Shown: piece by piece, positions 47,401-60,690 of the stretch
How the letters are laid out: each line of letters begins with the position of its first letter
Position numbering within the stretch: position 1 is the stretch's first letter
Source: Convolutriloba macropyga
Taxonomy: Eukaryota
Length of the DNA stretch: 64,000 bases
Assembly: GCF_964194025.1 (NCBI RefSeq)
Contig: NC_134478.1
Coordinates: 34,782,001-34,846,000 of the forward strand
Direction of reading: 5' to 3'
The notes under the pieces: generated by a model
Databases searched by the model: none
Told to the model about the DNA's origin: nothing
What the model saw: the letters and a program-made list of their open reading frames with translations, nothing else
Made by a program: the position numbers and the translations under genes

Positions 47401-50400
47401 GCATATTTTATAAGTGTTTTGAACAAATATTTCAGAGGTGTGAAATTTTTCGAAAAACTTTGAAACGAGCATATAGATTTAGGATTGAATTTGATAACTA
47501 ATTCTAACATTTGAAGTTAGGTGGCTGTTGAAGGAGCTGTTCCCTAAGACAAAAAAACAAAGTTCTGCAAACAATAGTAAATGGTACCCAAAAATAAGCT
47601 GCATTTTCTAAAATTTAACCAAATATTTTCAGTTAAAACGTATTATCATTAAGTTTGTGGAACAAAAAGTTGCTGACAATCATTTTGTCTTCAAAAATTG
47701 TAAGGAGTAATTTTCAAAGCTGTAAAAACAGGCTAAACTTATTCATCTGGGTAAAAACGAGGTTTGCTCAATATAAAATTGAAAACAAATTTTCAGGTTT
47801 GCGGCCATTATTTCTTATTCTCTTACCAAAACCTTAAGAACATAAATTGGCCAATAAACGTAAAAAAAGTTAAAACGGTTTAGTTGAAAAAATCTTTTAT
47901 TTGCTAATCTTACCCACAATTTTCTTACTCAAAATTGCCTATATTTGCCTACCCAAAGTACTGCATTGACCATTGATCTTTTATAAATAAAAACCAACAT
48001 ACTTATGTTTTATAACTTAGCAGGATGGATCCAGAACGGGCTGTTGAACATTACTGTACAACAGTTCGCCCTTCCTATGTAACACCTCAAATGATTTCTG
48101 GAATGTATAGTAGAGAGATTTCGTTGGTGTTTTAGTTCAGTAGAAGAAAAACTAATGTGGAGAAAGTTCAAAAGATCCATGAAAAGGTCCGGATAAATTC
48201 AATGAAGAAATTTTAATGTTTTTTAGAGTCCACGTTACGTGTTCAATGTAGGAAAAGGCAAATTTCGACAAATTTTGCCTGTTTTTAATACAAAATCATT
48301 TTGAGCATGCATTTGGACTGAAATTTTTCTCGAATTTAATTAGTATCTCTTTGAGACCAAATTCAAATTCTTATTTGTTCTTGTGAACTGTGCTATGGGT
48401 AACCGCATAACCGCTTATTGCCATCTTAATCCACAATTAGTATCGAGAGGGACAATTTTGTAATTAGTTACCAATTGGGTTTTCTTTCATTTTGGTAATT
48501 AGATACTGTATCCGAGGGAAATGGGTAATTTTGAAGCAACTTTTATCTAAATTTGCTGAGTAAAAAATTAACTTGAAAAATGTAAGATATATTTCACTAA
48601 AATGAATAATCGAACAACTATATTGAGTTTAATTTAAACGCAGAGAAAAATTCATTGTTTATGTATATATTCTTGAAACATTCGTTTTGAAATAGGATGT
48701 TTTTTTCTTGTTTCTATATGTATTTTCTTGAAGGTTCCAGGGAAAATCAATTTGTTCAAGTTTTTTGATTATATGATTACCACTTGTGTTTAACATGAAG
48801 CACTCTGTTGAATCATCTCACCACAACTTGAATTATCTAGAGTTTTTTTTCTGATGACACATTTCAAAAAAAAATCAACTTTCAGTTTTTAATCTGTGTA
48901 AATTATGAATCAGATGTTTATAATTTTAATTATCGTCTATTGATTTGAACTAAATTCAACTTGTGTTTCTGTTCAACTTAATTGGCCTTAATTTTGCATA
49001 AACTTCAGCCGTAAAATCACAATCACAAAAAATTTTTTAGGAAAAAAAATATAAGTGTTGACTAGCGAAATTAAGGCGGCTGTCTTTTGAGAGCTACCTT
49101 GTTTTGAGAATTTCTACGACAAACAATTCTGGCTAGGGAACAGTTTCTACGGCAGCTTTAGTTCTAGCATTTAGCTTCTTCCTCCTCCATTTCGCTTAGT
49201 TAATAGCCACTGTTGTTGTTGTTTTCTTGGCCATAGTTCATATACAGATGAGCTTCATACATTTCATCGCTCTCTCTTCATCCAATCATAATGCTGAAAC
49301 AAATCATCATGCTTCCTCTGCAATACATACTGCTACTATGTGGGTCTTGTCATAGTAGTGGTTGTATTTTATCAGGTAAATTAGGGTCACCAACAACACG
49401 TGAACAAAATCTCCAATGAATGAATCGGCCCACGAAAACTGTAAATTGACAATTGTAATAATTTTATCATCGATCGATTACTGTATGACTTCAAGTTGAA
49501 ACTGTGAAATGTGCATCCATGAAAACATGAACATTTTTTCAATAATACCCATTAAATACCGGTTTAATATCGATTTAATGAACGAGTAATGACCGATTAA
49601 ATGCCGATTTAATGATTGAAGAACGCTAGTGGAAATCAAGAACTGTGTAAATCAAGTGGAAATCAAGATAAAAAAGAGCCGGTAGTGGGACGAAACAATT
49701 GCAATTGTAAAATGAGCATATAAGATATTAGGGACAATTGCTAGCCCACAAGCATACTAACCATGTTAAAATTAATCGACAGATTAGTTTTATTCAGCAT
49801 TATTTCACGCGCACTCATGGCATCACTTTCACACTACTTCATCTATTCTGTTGCCAACATTTCTGTTGTTTTAAGTTAGAAGAATTTTCCAAAATATGTT
49901 GAAATTATTTATTACGGGGTTGAAAATAAGGGGTCGTACTTTCTTAGCGGGTTCGTACTGGCTAATGAAGTGAGCATCATAACCTTGTTACGATGCTGGC
50001 TATCGTCTGACGACCTTTCTCCAAAACTGATGTCATTTTGATTTTGTTCAAATGTCTACTTAATTAAATCTTCGTTAAATTTGATTGTTTTGTTATTATT
50101 GACTAGCATAGACTAAATATGGACAATTCGGATTTTCATTTTTGATTTTTATTAATAAAATACTTTTGGGGTACATTTTTGTTATTTTTTCGGTATTATA
50201 AGTAACCTCTTTTGAGTGCATTAATAGGATGAATATTCCTTATCATGTAATACTATGTCGCACCCACTATATTAAGACGCACTAAATAACGTGACATTTA
50301 AAAGCATTTCACAAATGTCACATTCAACAAAATTATTTGTCACACACACCGTGAGAGAAATTATTCGTCTTGTCGGATTGTATTTCATGTGGTATGGTTA

Positions 50401-53400
50401 CGGTTATGCTGTACATGATACAATTAATAAACACTCCCAACGTAATCAGGTGTTCACTCAGCCGGAAGGTCAAATTAGCCAAATTTTTTATTTCTGCTTT
50501 CCTTCATTATTGAACTTTCAAACATGATTTTTCAATGCTAATTTGTTTGACTTCTATCTATAAAGAACTAGCACATTTTGCAAAAAGGCAACACTTGGAT
50601 GTAAATTAGCTCCCATTTTTATGGTATTTAAAATATTGTCTCCTGCGAAAATAGGGTCGATTTGATTATTTTGTTTTTGGCTAACTTTGTCATTTTGGCT
50701 GATTGCTACACCATCACTTTAACTTGCAGTGCGTATAAGATATTTGGATTTTTTTCTACAATCGCCTCCCCTTTGCTACATAATAAAGAATTTTCTCCCC
50801 TTCTAAGCTATAAAATCGCCCGCTGTTCTGATTGGTCGAAAAAATGCTCTCTTAAATTCTGTTCAAGAATTACCTCAAAGCGAGGCTCCCCTTTTACACT
50901 AAGGAAGGCGATTGTTCAAAAAGTCCGAAACCTTGAATGAATTTGGATCGATAATATGAGTTTATAAATACCCACTGCAAGCTAAGCAAGTTATGATAAC
51001 TAACAAACCCACCATGAAGAGTAGGGTTCTAACCAGGGTCCCTTGCCCGTTTGCAGCAAAGTCGCTGAGTACGAAGAGGAGTTGAACCTTTTGGCCAACA
51101 ACCTCAAGTCGGTAGAGGTTGCACTTGACAAGGCAAACGAGAAGGAATACGAATATGAGAACACAGTTAAGGACCTCGAGGAGAGATTGGAAGAGGCCCT
51201 TAAGAGAGCAGAGTTTGCAGAGAGAACCATCAACAAGCTCGAACAACAGGTCGGTCACTCTTTGATTGTTTTATATATACAGAAAAAATCCACCTTAATA
51301 TATAGCACTCACGACATCGGATAAGCTTTGGTACCCAAAATCTATGTCTGTCATGATCGGCGCCGCACAACAAAATACAGAAATCTCACAACTTAAATTC
51401 AGGTTTCAGTGAACATCATGAATACAAATTTTACATGAAAAACAGGTTTCGAGGATTACAAATCGCGCAGGAAAACCCCAAGTTTTTTAAAAAAAGCTAA
51501 AATTAGTAAGCAATCTGCTCGAAGCGTTGCTAAAACGAATCAGAGTGACCAATATTTTTACTCTTTTTCTTGCTATGATAGTTTACAATGTACAATTTGC
51601 AGCATCAGGAAAAAAATGCGTTTTGTCAAAAAATGCAACGAATGCAAAAAAAACCTTTGGGGACGAAAAGCAAGAGCTTTACAGACTTTTGATTGAAGTA
51701 GTTTCTTTAATATAGTCAGAAAGTTCTTCTGATTCTGAAAAAAAAATCTGTCGCTATTACAAATGAGGCTAGAGTTCAAATCTTCAGCTAAAGAATGGTT
51801 CTAATTTTCTAAAGAGGAAGATTTTGATAAAATTTTACACAATAATAAAAGATCACTTACGTTTTGGGGTTCAATACAATCAGTTGGGAATAAGCTGCTT
51901 GTTAGACGTTGAAAAATGAAGTACGCTAAGTAATTTTAAAACATGGTTGAATTATAGAGAGAAATTAAATGTGGGCATTTGAGACAAACAAGTGGGAAGT
52001 ACTGGCATAAGGTCCAGATATAAATTAAACTGAAAATATATTAGCAATTTTTAAGCCTCGTTTTCAAAATACATTTTTCGAAAAAATTCTGATCAAAAAA
52101 GGGACGTAAATTTGGAAAAAGTTGCCATTAGAAGTGAGCGAAGATGGAAACTCTACAGTGAGATAGTGAGAGAAAGTGTTGGAAGAGGATAAGTTACAAC
52201 TATGCAATCCATATACTAGACATTTACAAATCTGAAGCGTAAGGACGTTTCACTAATTAAATAACCTGAACAAAAGTATTTTATTTGTTTAAGTTTTTGA
52301 CATTTGACATTTTTGAAAACGTTTCTTCTGGTTTATGTTGCCTTTGGTACCATAGTTATCTTCCATTTGTATCATAATGTTTTAGATAAGAAGATTTTCC
52401 AGATACCATATAGTTTTTAACAGCTCACTGAAAATTCCGTATCAATATTATTGTGGTCCCGTTGCCCATTTCAGTTAAAGAAAAAATATCTTTTCTATCG
52501 ATCGGTTAAAATAACTAAATGTTGTGGCTGCAATTTTTTGAAAACCAGTTTAATTCTTTGTCTGTCATTAATTCTGCTGCATCTTTAAGTGCAGAAACAA
52601 GTTTCCTTACTCTTTTTCGCGCAATTTCTTAATTCTCATTTGATAATCAACTATTAATTCTCTTAAAAGCAACTTTGTTGCTTCTCTCGTTTAATTTTAC
52701 TGAAGTTGTCTTCGAAAAATTTGAAATTGACCAGTATGAAATCAGTAGAAATTTGTTTTCTTTGTTTTGTTTTCTTAAAAAAATTGTTATAGCAATAGTT
52801 AAAGATCTCAGTTTTTTTGCTAGCGGGTGCTTATCTCTGTTTTTTCCAAATATTTTGATGTGCATTGTTTTCAAAATCAAATTGAAAATGACTGACATTT
52901 TTCACGCTTGATAACGAAAATTTTATGAAATTATTTTCACGTCTACAAATAAGTAAAATTAAGGTTTCTTTTTGTCTGCAAGTTAGGCTTCGATCCGTTA
53001 TCTGACAATTTAAGGTAACCTTATTTTCTCAGGTTGTGCAATTGTTGACAATTTTTATATTCATAGTCGGCAATTTTATATACCAAAAATTTTTAAAGTT
53101 TTTCATAAAATCTAATTTTGTTCCACTGGGCTTATCTACCTAAATTTTTTTTATATGTATCAAAACTCATTGTTGATCTTTTGACTCAAAATAGCCTCTT
53201 GAATTTTTCAGGGTTTGTATCAATAATGTGTTCATCCCAAAAAAATCTTTCGATTCAGTTTTTGATTGCTTATGGTGGGCAAAATAGTCTCTCTTACTGA
53301 TTGAATGAATAAGGTATGGAGAAAAAAGGAATTAGATCTCTAATAGAAACACTTTTTACTGCTTGGAAAGCAAACCATTTGCATCGAAACCTGTTTTTTT

Positions 53401-56400
53401 CTGAAAATTGTCGTGATTCATATATAAATATTACGTTTTATAATACAATAACTGATACGATTGACAATTTTTAGGACTCACAGTCTCAGAATATTACGCT
53501 TCTCAATGTCTTTGCCAACGGCACTCAAAAACCATTCCGTTTTGCGGTCACAAATTCTGTATCACGGTAATACATTTTAGGTATTAATGAGTTGAAATTA
53601 TACAGTCCGGAAGCACATCGTAACAAACTATGTTTTCAAATTGTGTTCTGAAAAAAAACGGCACTTGAATGTTTTGAACGCAACTTGAATGTTTTGAACA
53701 CACTGGGCAAAGTATTTCATTTAATTTTTTTCTATAAGTTTTAAAGAAAATCACATGGACATTTGAGAGATGATTGGATGCTATTCTGTTGATAAAACAA
53801 TTCTAAAATTTGCACGTGGTCAAAATGAGTTACTTTATAAAAACTGAAATTTTTTGCGCATATTTAAATTTATATTTCGAATTCTTACTTTTTTGGGGCC
53901 CCTAGTTAAATTGAGTTATTGAACTTATTGAACTTATCTGAGCCAAATCCAAACTCGTTCGCTCTATTTAATTTTTACATTAACTGAGACGTAAATTTGT
54001 TGTAAATTTGTCTCTAAGTTTTTCGGACAGATTTGATGTGATTTTCGTGTGACTGTCATTGAGAGTGACAACTTTTTTATGTGACAACAAGTATTTGAAC
54101 AAATTTCTATCATCAGTAACAATTTAATAGCAACCTATACTTTTTGCACCTTTATAAACTATTTTTTTGCTCCCAGTTAACACAAATATTCAATTTTCTT
54201 TTTTCGTTCATTGACTACAAAAAGCATTTCCACATAATCAAAACCGATTTAACTATTATATTTAGCTTTTTTGCTCCAATTATTTTCAAAATTTTGTGAA
54301 CAAGTTGTGATTTTAAACGCGAGCAACGCAAAAACCGTGTTGCTCGTAAATTCCGAGGTGAAGTTATGAGTCCATTTCGAATTTTTTGTTGCTACAGAGA
54401 AAGCGCTTTGGGGAAGAACAGGCCAAGTTTTTATGCTAAACTAACGTTTTCTGTAAAGATAGCATAAATGAAAAATTGAATATAGATCTTTTAAATGTTA
54501 CTTGGCATTGCCCATCATAAAGTAAGATACAATGTGATTCACATTTTAAGCATTGTGTATCAGAAGTTAAATTTTGCTACGCAATCAAAACTAGCCTAAA
54601 GCGAGCTAAAAATATTTACTGGCAAAATGGAGCTAATATGTTTGATAATATTGTATTGGGGTGAATTTGGCAGAGACTTAGCTCACAATGCTTCTTGCTC
54701 TTTTGAGAGTAAAATTGGGCTCTCGTTTTGACTGAAATTTGAGTCGACCCCACAACCTTGGTAGTTAATTTCATATCATGAACCTATCTATGCAGGTGTC
54801 TATTTATTTGTTTGTTAACAGTTGGACAACGTGGAAGAAGATTTGTTCAACGAGAGGACGAAGCTCAGAAATATCATGGCAGAACTCGACCAGATCCTGG
54901 CAGAGATCACTGGACAGTCTTAAATGCCTTATCCTCCCTCTTTCTCATTGTTCCTATGTCAAAGAGACAAACAAACAGAAACAAACAAACAAACAAGCGT
55001 GGTCGTGGTTGATTGATTGGCTGGCTAATAACCCTATTATTATAATAACTTGTACATGTTAACCAACTTGCATGCAGCGCATCGCAGACACCTTTACTAA
55101 CATCGGCAGATAGCAGCAGAGCAAAAGAAGACACAGAAAAATGTTTAATTTTATTACTACATCATTATTATTACTACTATTATTATTACAATTGTCAATT
55201 AGTTATCTTAATTTCTCATCTTTGCTTCCCGGCTCTTCAAAATACCAACCAGGTTTCTGATAGCAATTTTAGAGCGGCAAGATTTAGATATAAAGTATAA
55301 TTTCTGACAGTTAAGAATGAACACGTGAAGCTGGCTTTTTAAAAATTCCGATTCGAACTTTTCGGAATGGAGTACAAAATAGTTTTTCAGAAGAAAACTT
55401 GAGTAATTAGAAGTGTTTTTTATGTTGGACAAACGCCTGGATTCTCTTAAAGTGGAAATATGAAGTTTAAACGTCGATTTGTATTTAATTTTGCATACAT
55501 TTTGAAAAAAAAACTATCATAAGTTTCTCAACTGATGGCGGAAGTTCATTACATTGCAAAAAGCACATTTGCTCAGTATATATACTCGGCTCTTGATTGT
55601 TTTAAGCATGTATTTCGAGCAAATGTATTAAGATTAAGAAATTAAGCGACAGGAAAAGTTCAGGCATTCTGAAATTTTGGTACGTAGATCACAGGTTTTC
55701 GCATTTTATAGTGTGCGAATAGTAGCGACAAGTGTTATTGATTCCAATCTTTCGATCTTGTCGCCAATTCTATTCTAGTTCTCTGATTTTGGTGGATTAA
55801 TTGCCAATTTTTGCCGTGTATCGTTAGAATTCGCAGCCAAGATCAGCAACCAGGAATGGCAATTTAATCGGTGATTTTTGCATTGTTGCTGACTTTGGGC
55901 AATTTTGCTAAGATACGAAAAACCAATGAAATGTTTTTGTCAATAAAATCTTCTTCTTTATGAAATAATGGTGCACGTTTAACAATTTTTTTCCAGAAAC
56001 ATTAACATACAGATCTCAAGTTTATTGAACCAAGTTTAATATGATTGATTTAATTGTCAAAATAAGTTTGCAAAGCCATAAAAAACAATGATTTTTTGCA
56101 AAATTAGTATGATAAAGACCTCGACTAGAAGCGTTTGCTTTTTCAGAGCTGTAAAAAAAATCTCCCGATTTTATGAAAAACAATTATTTTATGCACTTTT
56201 GATGCTTGAAACGTATTTAGGAAACAAAGAAATTAAATGAAATCCACAATCCGGAAGTTTTGCTATACAGAACTGATAATTAATTTTTGAAGCAAACAAC
56301 TATATGCAGGATAACTGTACCGATCATTTGACGGAATTAACTCACCAAATTTATTTTTCTACATAGGTATATAAAAGAATACAAAGCTCAAATTATATGA

Positions 56401-58571
56401 TTGATAGATTTGTTCTAAGAGCACATCTTGACGGCAAAAATTATAACGAACACGGAGATTTAAAATGTTCTTTGTCACTAATATTACTTCAAAGTGATGA
56501 AAAACATTTCGACTTTTCAAAATTGAAAAAAAATGCTTTGCATTTAGATCAACCAATAATTCGTGTTGTTGAAGTCATCAAAATTTAAACACAATAGGTT
56601 CAAACCACATGGAATGAAAGTGGAATTAACCAAAAGTTTTTTAAACAGATAATAAGATTTAAAGTCTTTTATAACAAAACATCCTCGGCCAAGTTTGCTT
56701 CACAACTTACTACGGCATGGCGAAAAAAACAATCTTTTCATGGTGAAAGCGTTTCAGTGTTCTCGCCTAAAATGAGTTTTAAAAATGGGGCGTAGGATAT
56801 TGGGCAAAAACTATATAAGGTGGAAGATATATTTGGCCATTCGGCAAAAATTCCGGACTAGAACTTTGTTGAGACATTTAATGGCTCTACTGCATTAATG
56901 ACTGACTGAAAAAGTATAGTCAAACGACAATTATAATTGACTTTGTAGAAAAATAGCTTAAAAAATAATAAGAAAAATTTGACTTATTTCTAACTTTGAG
57001 TGTCTTTACAATGTAGTGTGACATCATTTATCCCATTTTTCCGAACTGATTTTCAACCGGTATTTCTAAATTATTTTCATTAAAGTTATTGACAACAAAT
57101 TTTATACATTCACTATTCTCTGTTTGCTAGTTTTATTGAAAATCAAAATCATTGGCCGTGATGACAGTCAGTAGAGTAAACGAGTAGCAAAATTTAAAAA
57201 AAATTGTAAATTTCAGGTTAAGATGACTGTTTGGGACACATGAAAACTTCATGGAACTGAGTGGATTTTGATATATCTCTTTTAATTGGTTCTTGCCTAC
57301 TTTTCACAAAAATTTATTACAGGATTTTTGCCTAATGGCTATAAAAGTGCCTACGTCTAATCAAGTTTTCGCCTAATAAACCATCCTCCGTAAAAATTTG
57401 TAAAAATTGTTTTTGTAAGGTTTATAGCAGCTGATTGTGTAAAAAAAATTTAGATTGTGAAAAATAGATTCTCTAAGATCGGTTGAAGCCAAAGAAAAAG
57501 AGTTGGCTCGTTTTGTACTTGAAATCAGTACTTTTCGAAAACAATTATTTTATATTTTTAAATATCGAAGTCTGACCATGTCACTAAAAAGTCATGATCT
57601 GAAGCGAATTAGAATTTCATGTAACTTGTCACGTTTTTCTCATTCTATGCTTAAATTTGGTCAAATATGCGTCATTAAATAACTTCCAGACCCCATGAAC
57701 TTTAAATCATATAGAAAGGTTTGAGCAAGTACTGAGAAGTGAGAATTGCAATTGAACATTGATCCTTCAGTACTGAAATTGAATGGATTCATTCTGCATC
57801 AGCACTGATCCATTCATGATCAGTGCTAAAACAGAGTAAGTATGCTCAAGTGGGTGTGAATACAGGAAGATCACAGAGTATGAAGAGGAGCTGAACATGC
57901 TGGCGAGCAACCTGAAGTCAGTGGAAGTGAACCTGGAGCAGGCCAATGAGAGGGAAAGTGAGTATGAGACTACAATCAAGGACCTGGACGAGAGATTGGA
58001 GGAGGCTCTAAAGAGAGCTGAATTTGCCGAGAGGACCATCAGCAAACTCGAACAACAGGTCAGTCGACCCAAATATTCTGTTTCTAACTAAGGCAACCTG
58101 CATGCTGACTTTTTGCTACAAATTTTTAAAATGATAACAAAACCTGCAGCTGAGCTTAAACTTTTCGCCAATGTCTAATAAAGCCTGACAATAGAATGAT
58201 CTATTTTCTATAAAGCAGCATATTTTAATTTTAAGTCATAACAGAAGCGCCGAACTTTGAAAGTTTGCAAAATTTCAAAATTTCAGCTAGTTATTTATAG
58301 CAATTTGTGGTTATACAAAACTTGTATACAAAAGTTGTGGGTATGCAGAAGTTGTATAAATTTTAATCACCTATCTTTGGAATTCGAATATTAATTATCG
58401 TAGAAAAATTTTGTTGAAGCTGCTCAATAAATCCTTCTTTGATAGCTAAATGATCTGTTTTTTTTTCAGCTGGACAACGTGGAGGAGGACTTGTTCAACG
58501 AGAGATCCAAGTTCAGAAACATCATGGCAGAACTGGACCAGATCCTGGCAGAGATCACTGGACAGTCCTAA
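44357..58571 (+). CDS. TPM: Tropomyosin (long, 285 aa) with two alternative 3' cassettes; isoform A join(44357..44470,46214..46473,46887..47075,51057..51249,54822..54923); isoform B join(44357..44470,46214..46473,46887..47075,57866..58058,58470..58571)
   Basis: MEAIKKKL start, RRLQLAEEELDR, EKRADELER, LERAEERAESGES, NNLKSVEV, RAEFAERTI. Introns after residue 38 and inside codons 125 and 188 match vertebrate TPM positions; the non-canonical core residues D137 and E218 are conserved. Confidence 0.97.
44526..44916. other. Assembly gap (391 N), followed by a CA-rich low-complexity tract
   Basis: Run of N. Confidence 1.
45990..46128. other. Assembly gap (139 N)
   Basis: Run of N. Confidence 1.
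46214..46473 (+). CDS. TPM: Tropomyosin exon 2 (aa 39-125)
   Basis: TTATAG| acceptor, CG|GTTAGG donor, 260 nt. Confidence 0.95.
46887..47075 (+). CDS. TPM: Tropomyosin exon 3 (aa 125-188)
   Basis: ATTTAG| acceptor, TC|GTAAGT donor, 189 nt. Confidence 0.95.
51057..51249 (+). CDS. TPM: Tropomyosin exon 4a (aa 188-252, isoform A)
   Basis: TTTGCAG| acceptor, CAG|GTCGGT donor, 193 nt; KVAEYEEELNLLANNLKS...TINKLEQQ. Confidence 0.93.
54822..54923 (+). CDS. TPM: Tropomyosin exon 5a (aa 253-285 plus stop, isoform A)
   Basis: TTTGTTAACAG| acceptor; LDNVEEDLFNERTKLRNIMAELDQILAEITGQS*. Confidence 0.93.
   Translation: MDNVEEDLFNERTKLRNIMAELDQILAEITGQS
57866..58058 (+). CDS. TPM: Tropomyosin exon 4b (aa 188-252, isoform B)
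   Basis: ATACAG| acceptor, CAG|GTCAGT donor, 193 nt; KITEYEEELNMLASNLKS...TISKLEQQ. Confidence 0.93.
58470..58571 (+). CDS. TPM: Tropomyosin exon 5b (aa 253-285 plus stop, isoform B)
   Basis: TTTTTTTTTCAG| acceptor; LDNVEEDLFNERSKFRNIMAELDQILAEITGQS*. Confidence 0.93.
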   Translation: MDNVEEDLFNERSKFRNIMAELDQILAEITGQS

Positions 58572-59747
58572 ACCCAGACACCAAAACCACAACTATCACC
58601 ACAAAAAAAAGCCAAAATTAGGCGCCTTGTTGCACCTACCTCTTCATCTCGTGACAAAATTGTTTGTGCAAAGATGTAGAATTACTATTGGCCAATTCCG
58701 TTGATTGTTTCAAAACATGTTCATTTTTTACAAAGACTGTTTATTGATGTCCACAATTAGGATCTGTTTCAAAACTATAAATATTACAAATGCACTTCTC
58801 AAAAACAATTTCTGAAACAGACAAATCTGAATGTTATTTTCTAGTCTATTAAACTACCCATCTTAAATCAAAGCATAGAATTGAAGGAATCTGTTAAAAT
58901 CACAAATCTCGGCCCTGTAATAAGTCAAAATTAACAATAACTTTTAATTAACTAAAAACAAAGTTTAACAGATCCTCTATTTTGATAACTGTTAGAACTA
59001 CCTGAATGACCTTAGTATCATATTCGCGCGGCTAAAATTTGGGACAATAAAAATACAATATTGCTGTTTGCATTTAATATTTCAGCTTTTATTATTAAAC
59101 TATTATTTATAACTATACCTGTAATTGCACTAATTTGGATTATGCAAATTCTGTGAATTGAAAATGACACCTACTTTTTTTGGAAAGTGATCTGCTTCCT
59201 TTCCGCCGCTATAGTATGCCCTAATTAACTGATGGATAATTTTTCTGTACTTTTGTTATGGTGCATATAAACAGTCCCGCATATTTTTACAAACGATTGT
59301 CAGTAAAATAGCGGTAACATTATTTTTGTCACATATAGCAAAAGGGAGTAATGGTTATTCGTGCTGACCAGTCCGCCAAAAAGTTGGAAATTTTTTATCC
59401 ATGTTGCGTATAACAATAAGCCGCAAAACGTACATTTGGCTTTTTTCTTCGGCTGATTTGGCCAAATCGCGAACAACACTTTTTCACATTTGTCAACGAT
59501 TTATGTCACTACTTTCCGACGTTTTTGCATTCAATTAGCCTGCAGCTAAAGTTATTGATTTTAATAATAATTATCCAAGACATCAACCAGGCCTTAAATT
59601 TTGTTAATTACGATAATACGAGTAAGTTTAATCCAGCAATTTGCCTTCTTTATCCTCGAATATGAAAACGAACACCTTTTGTCTAAATGAAAATCAGTTA
59701 GGTTTTCTTTGATTTTGGCTAATTGGTATTTTGTTAACATTTTTTAT

Positions 59748-60690
59748 CTACGCTGGCTCAAAAACCCAAATCGTGGACAAATGTGACGGATAATTCCAAA
59801 ACTTCAAAAATTTGGACAAAAATCAAGTTAATGTCACTTTTTTCAAGCTCACTTATTACTCTAATCTTATAATTAAAACCAGGCAGTGAAAAAACTCCCG
59901 ACAAAATCGGGCAAACTTGCTTGTTTTATGTTTACGTTTTCCTGCGTAATGAAGTCACAAAATTTGCGCATCAACTTTCAGTGTCATTCTGCTTTACTTT
60001 TGACCCTAAAAACCACAAGAAAAAAGTTCTAGTTTAAAATTTATCGTTTTGCAATCAATTCGTTATATTAGTCATTTCTTCTCGGCACATTGTTCAATTT
60101 TGCATTGTAATATATGGTTGAAACTTAACTTCGATTTAGAAAAGATGCCGGAGACAGGTGCACAAAATATTGATAGTAAAAACCACAATTTTAGTTTCAG
60201 CTTTTAATTTCCAACTGACGTGTGAAAAACCGTGAGGCTGAGGAGAGGAAGTCAGAACACAGTTCTGCGCTAAAGAAAAAACAATTTGGAGATTTCCTTC
60301 TTCTGATTCACAATTATGTCACTGATACGCACAAATTACTTTTACCTGTAACAAAAAAGTATTTAGATACAGACGAAAATAATCAAAAAGCTCTGCGTGT
60401 ATGAATAGTGCAAACCAAAAAAATTAATAATTGATGCAATAACAGATCAGTTGATAAATTCAGTCTTCAAGTTGCAAAACAGAGAATCTAAAATTTTTCA
60501 ATTTTTTGGCAACAAAAATTAATACTATTTGTACCAAAAGAAATTTTCTATCAAAGGAACCGTTATATAAGTTAAAGATTGAAAGTCGTTGATTGATTAA
60601 ATATTATAGTTACTTCTGAATCTGAAAACAAAATTTGAACGTATGATATACGTTAAAAACTGCTGCATTTTAACGTTTCCTCACCTATTT
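59748..60690 (+). repeat. Diverged direct repeat, copy 1 (unclassified repeat family)
   Basis: Colinear with 62934-64000 (ATTACTCTAATCTTA, GCTGAGGAGA, GCTCTGCGTGTATGAA, GTTGATAAATTCAGTCTTCAAGTT, ATGATATACGTT). Confidence 0.85.

Noticed and set aside
57866-58571. Separate second tropomyosin gene or pseudogene
   Set aside because: No 5' exons or gap between 54923 and 57866; frames and splice sites are intact and phase-compatible with exon 3.
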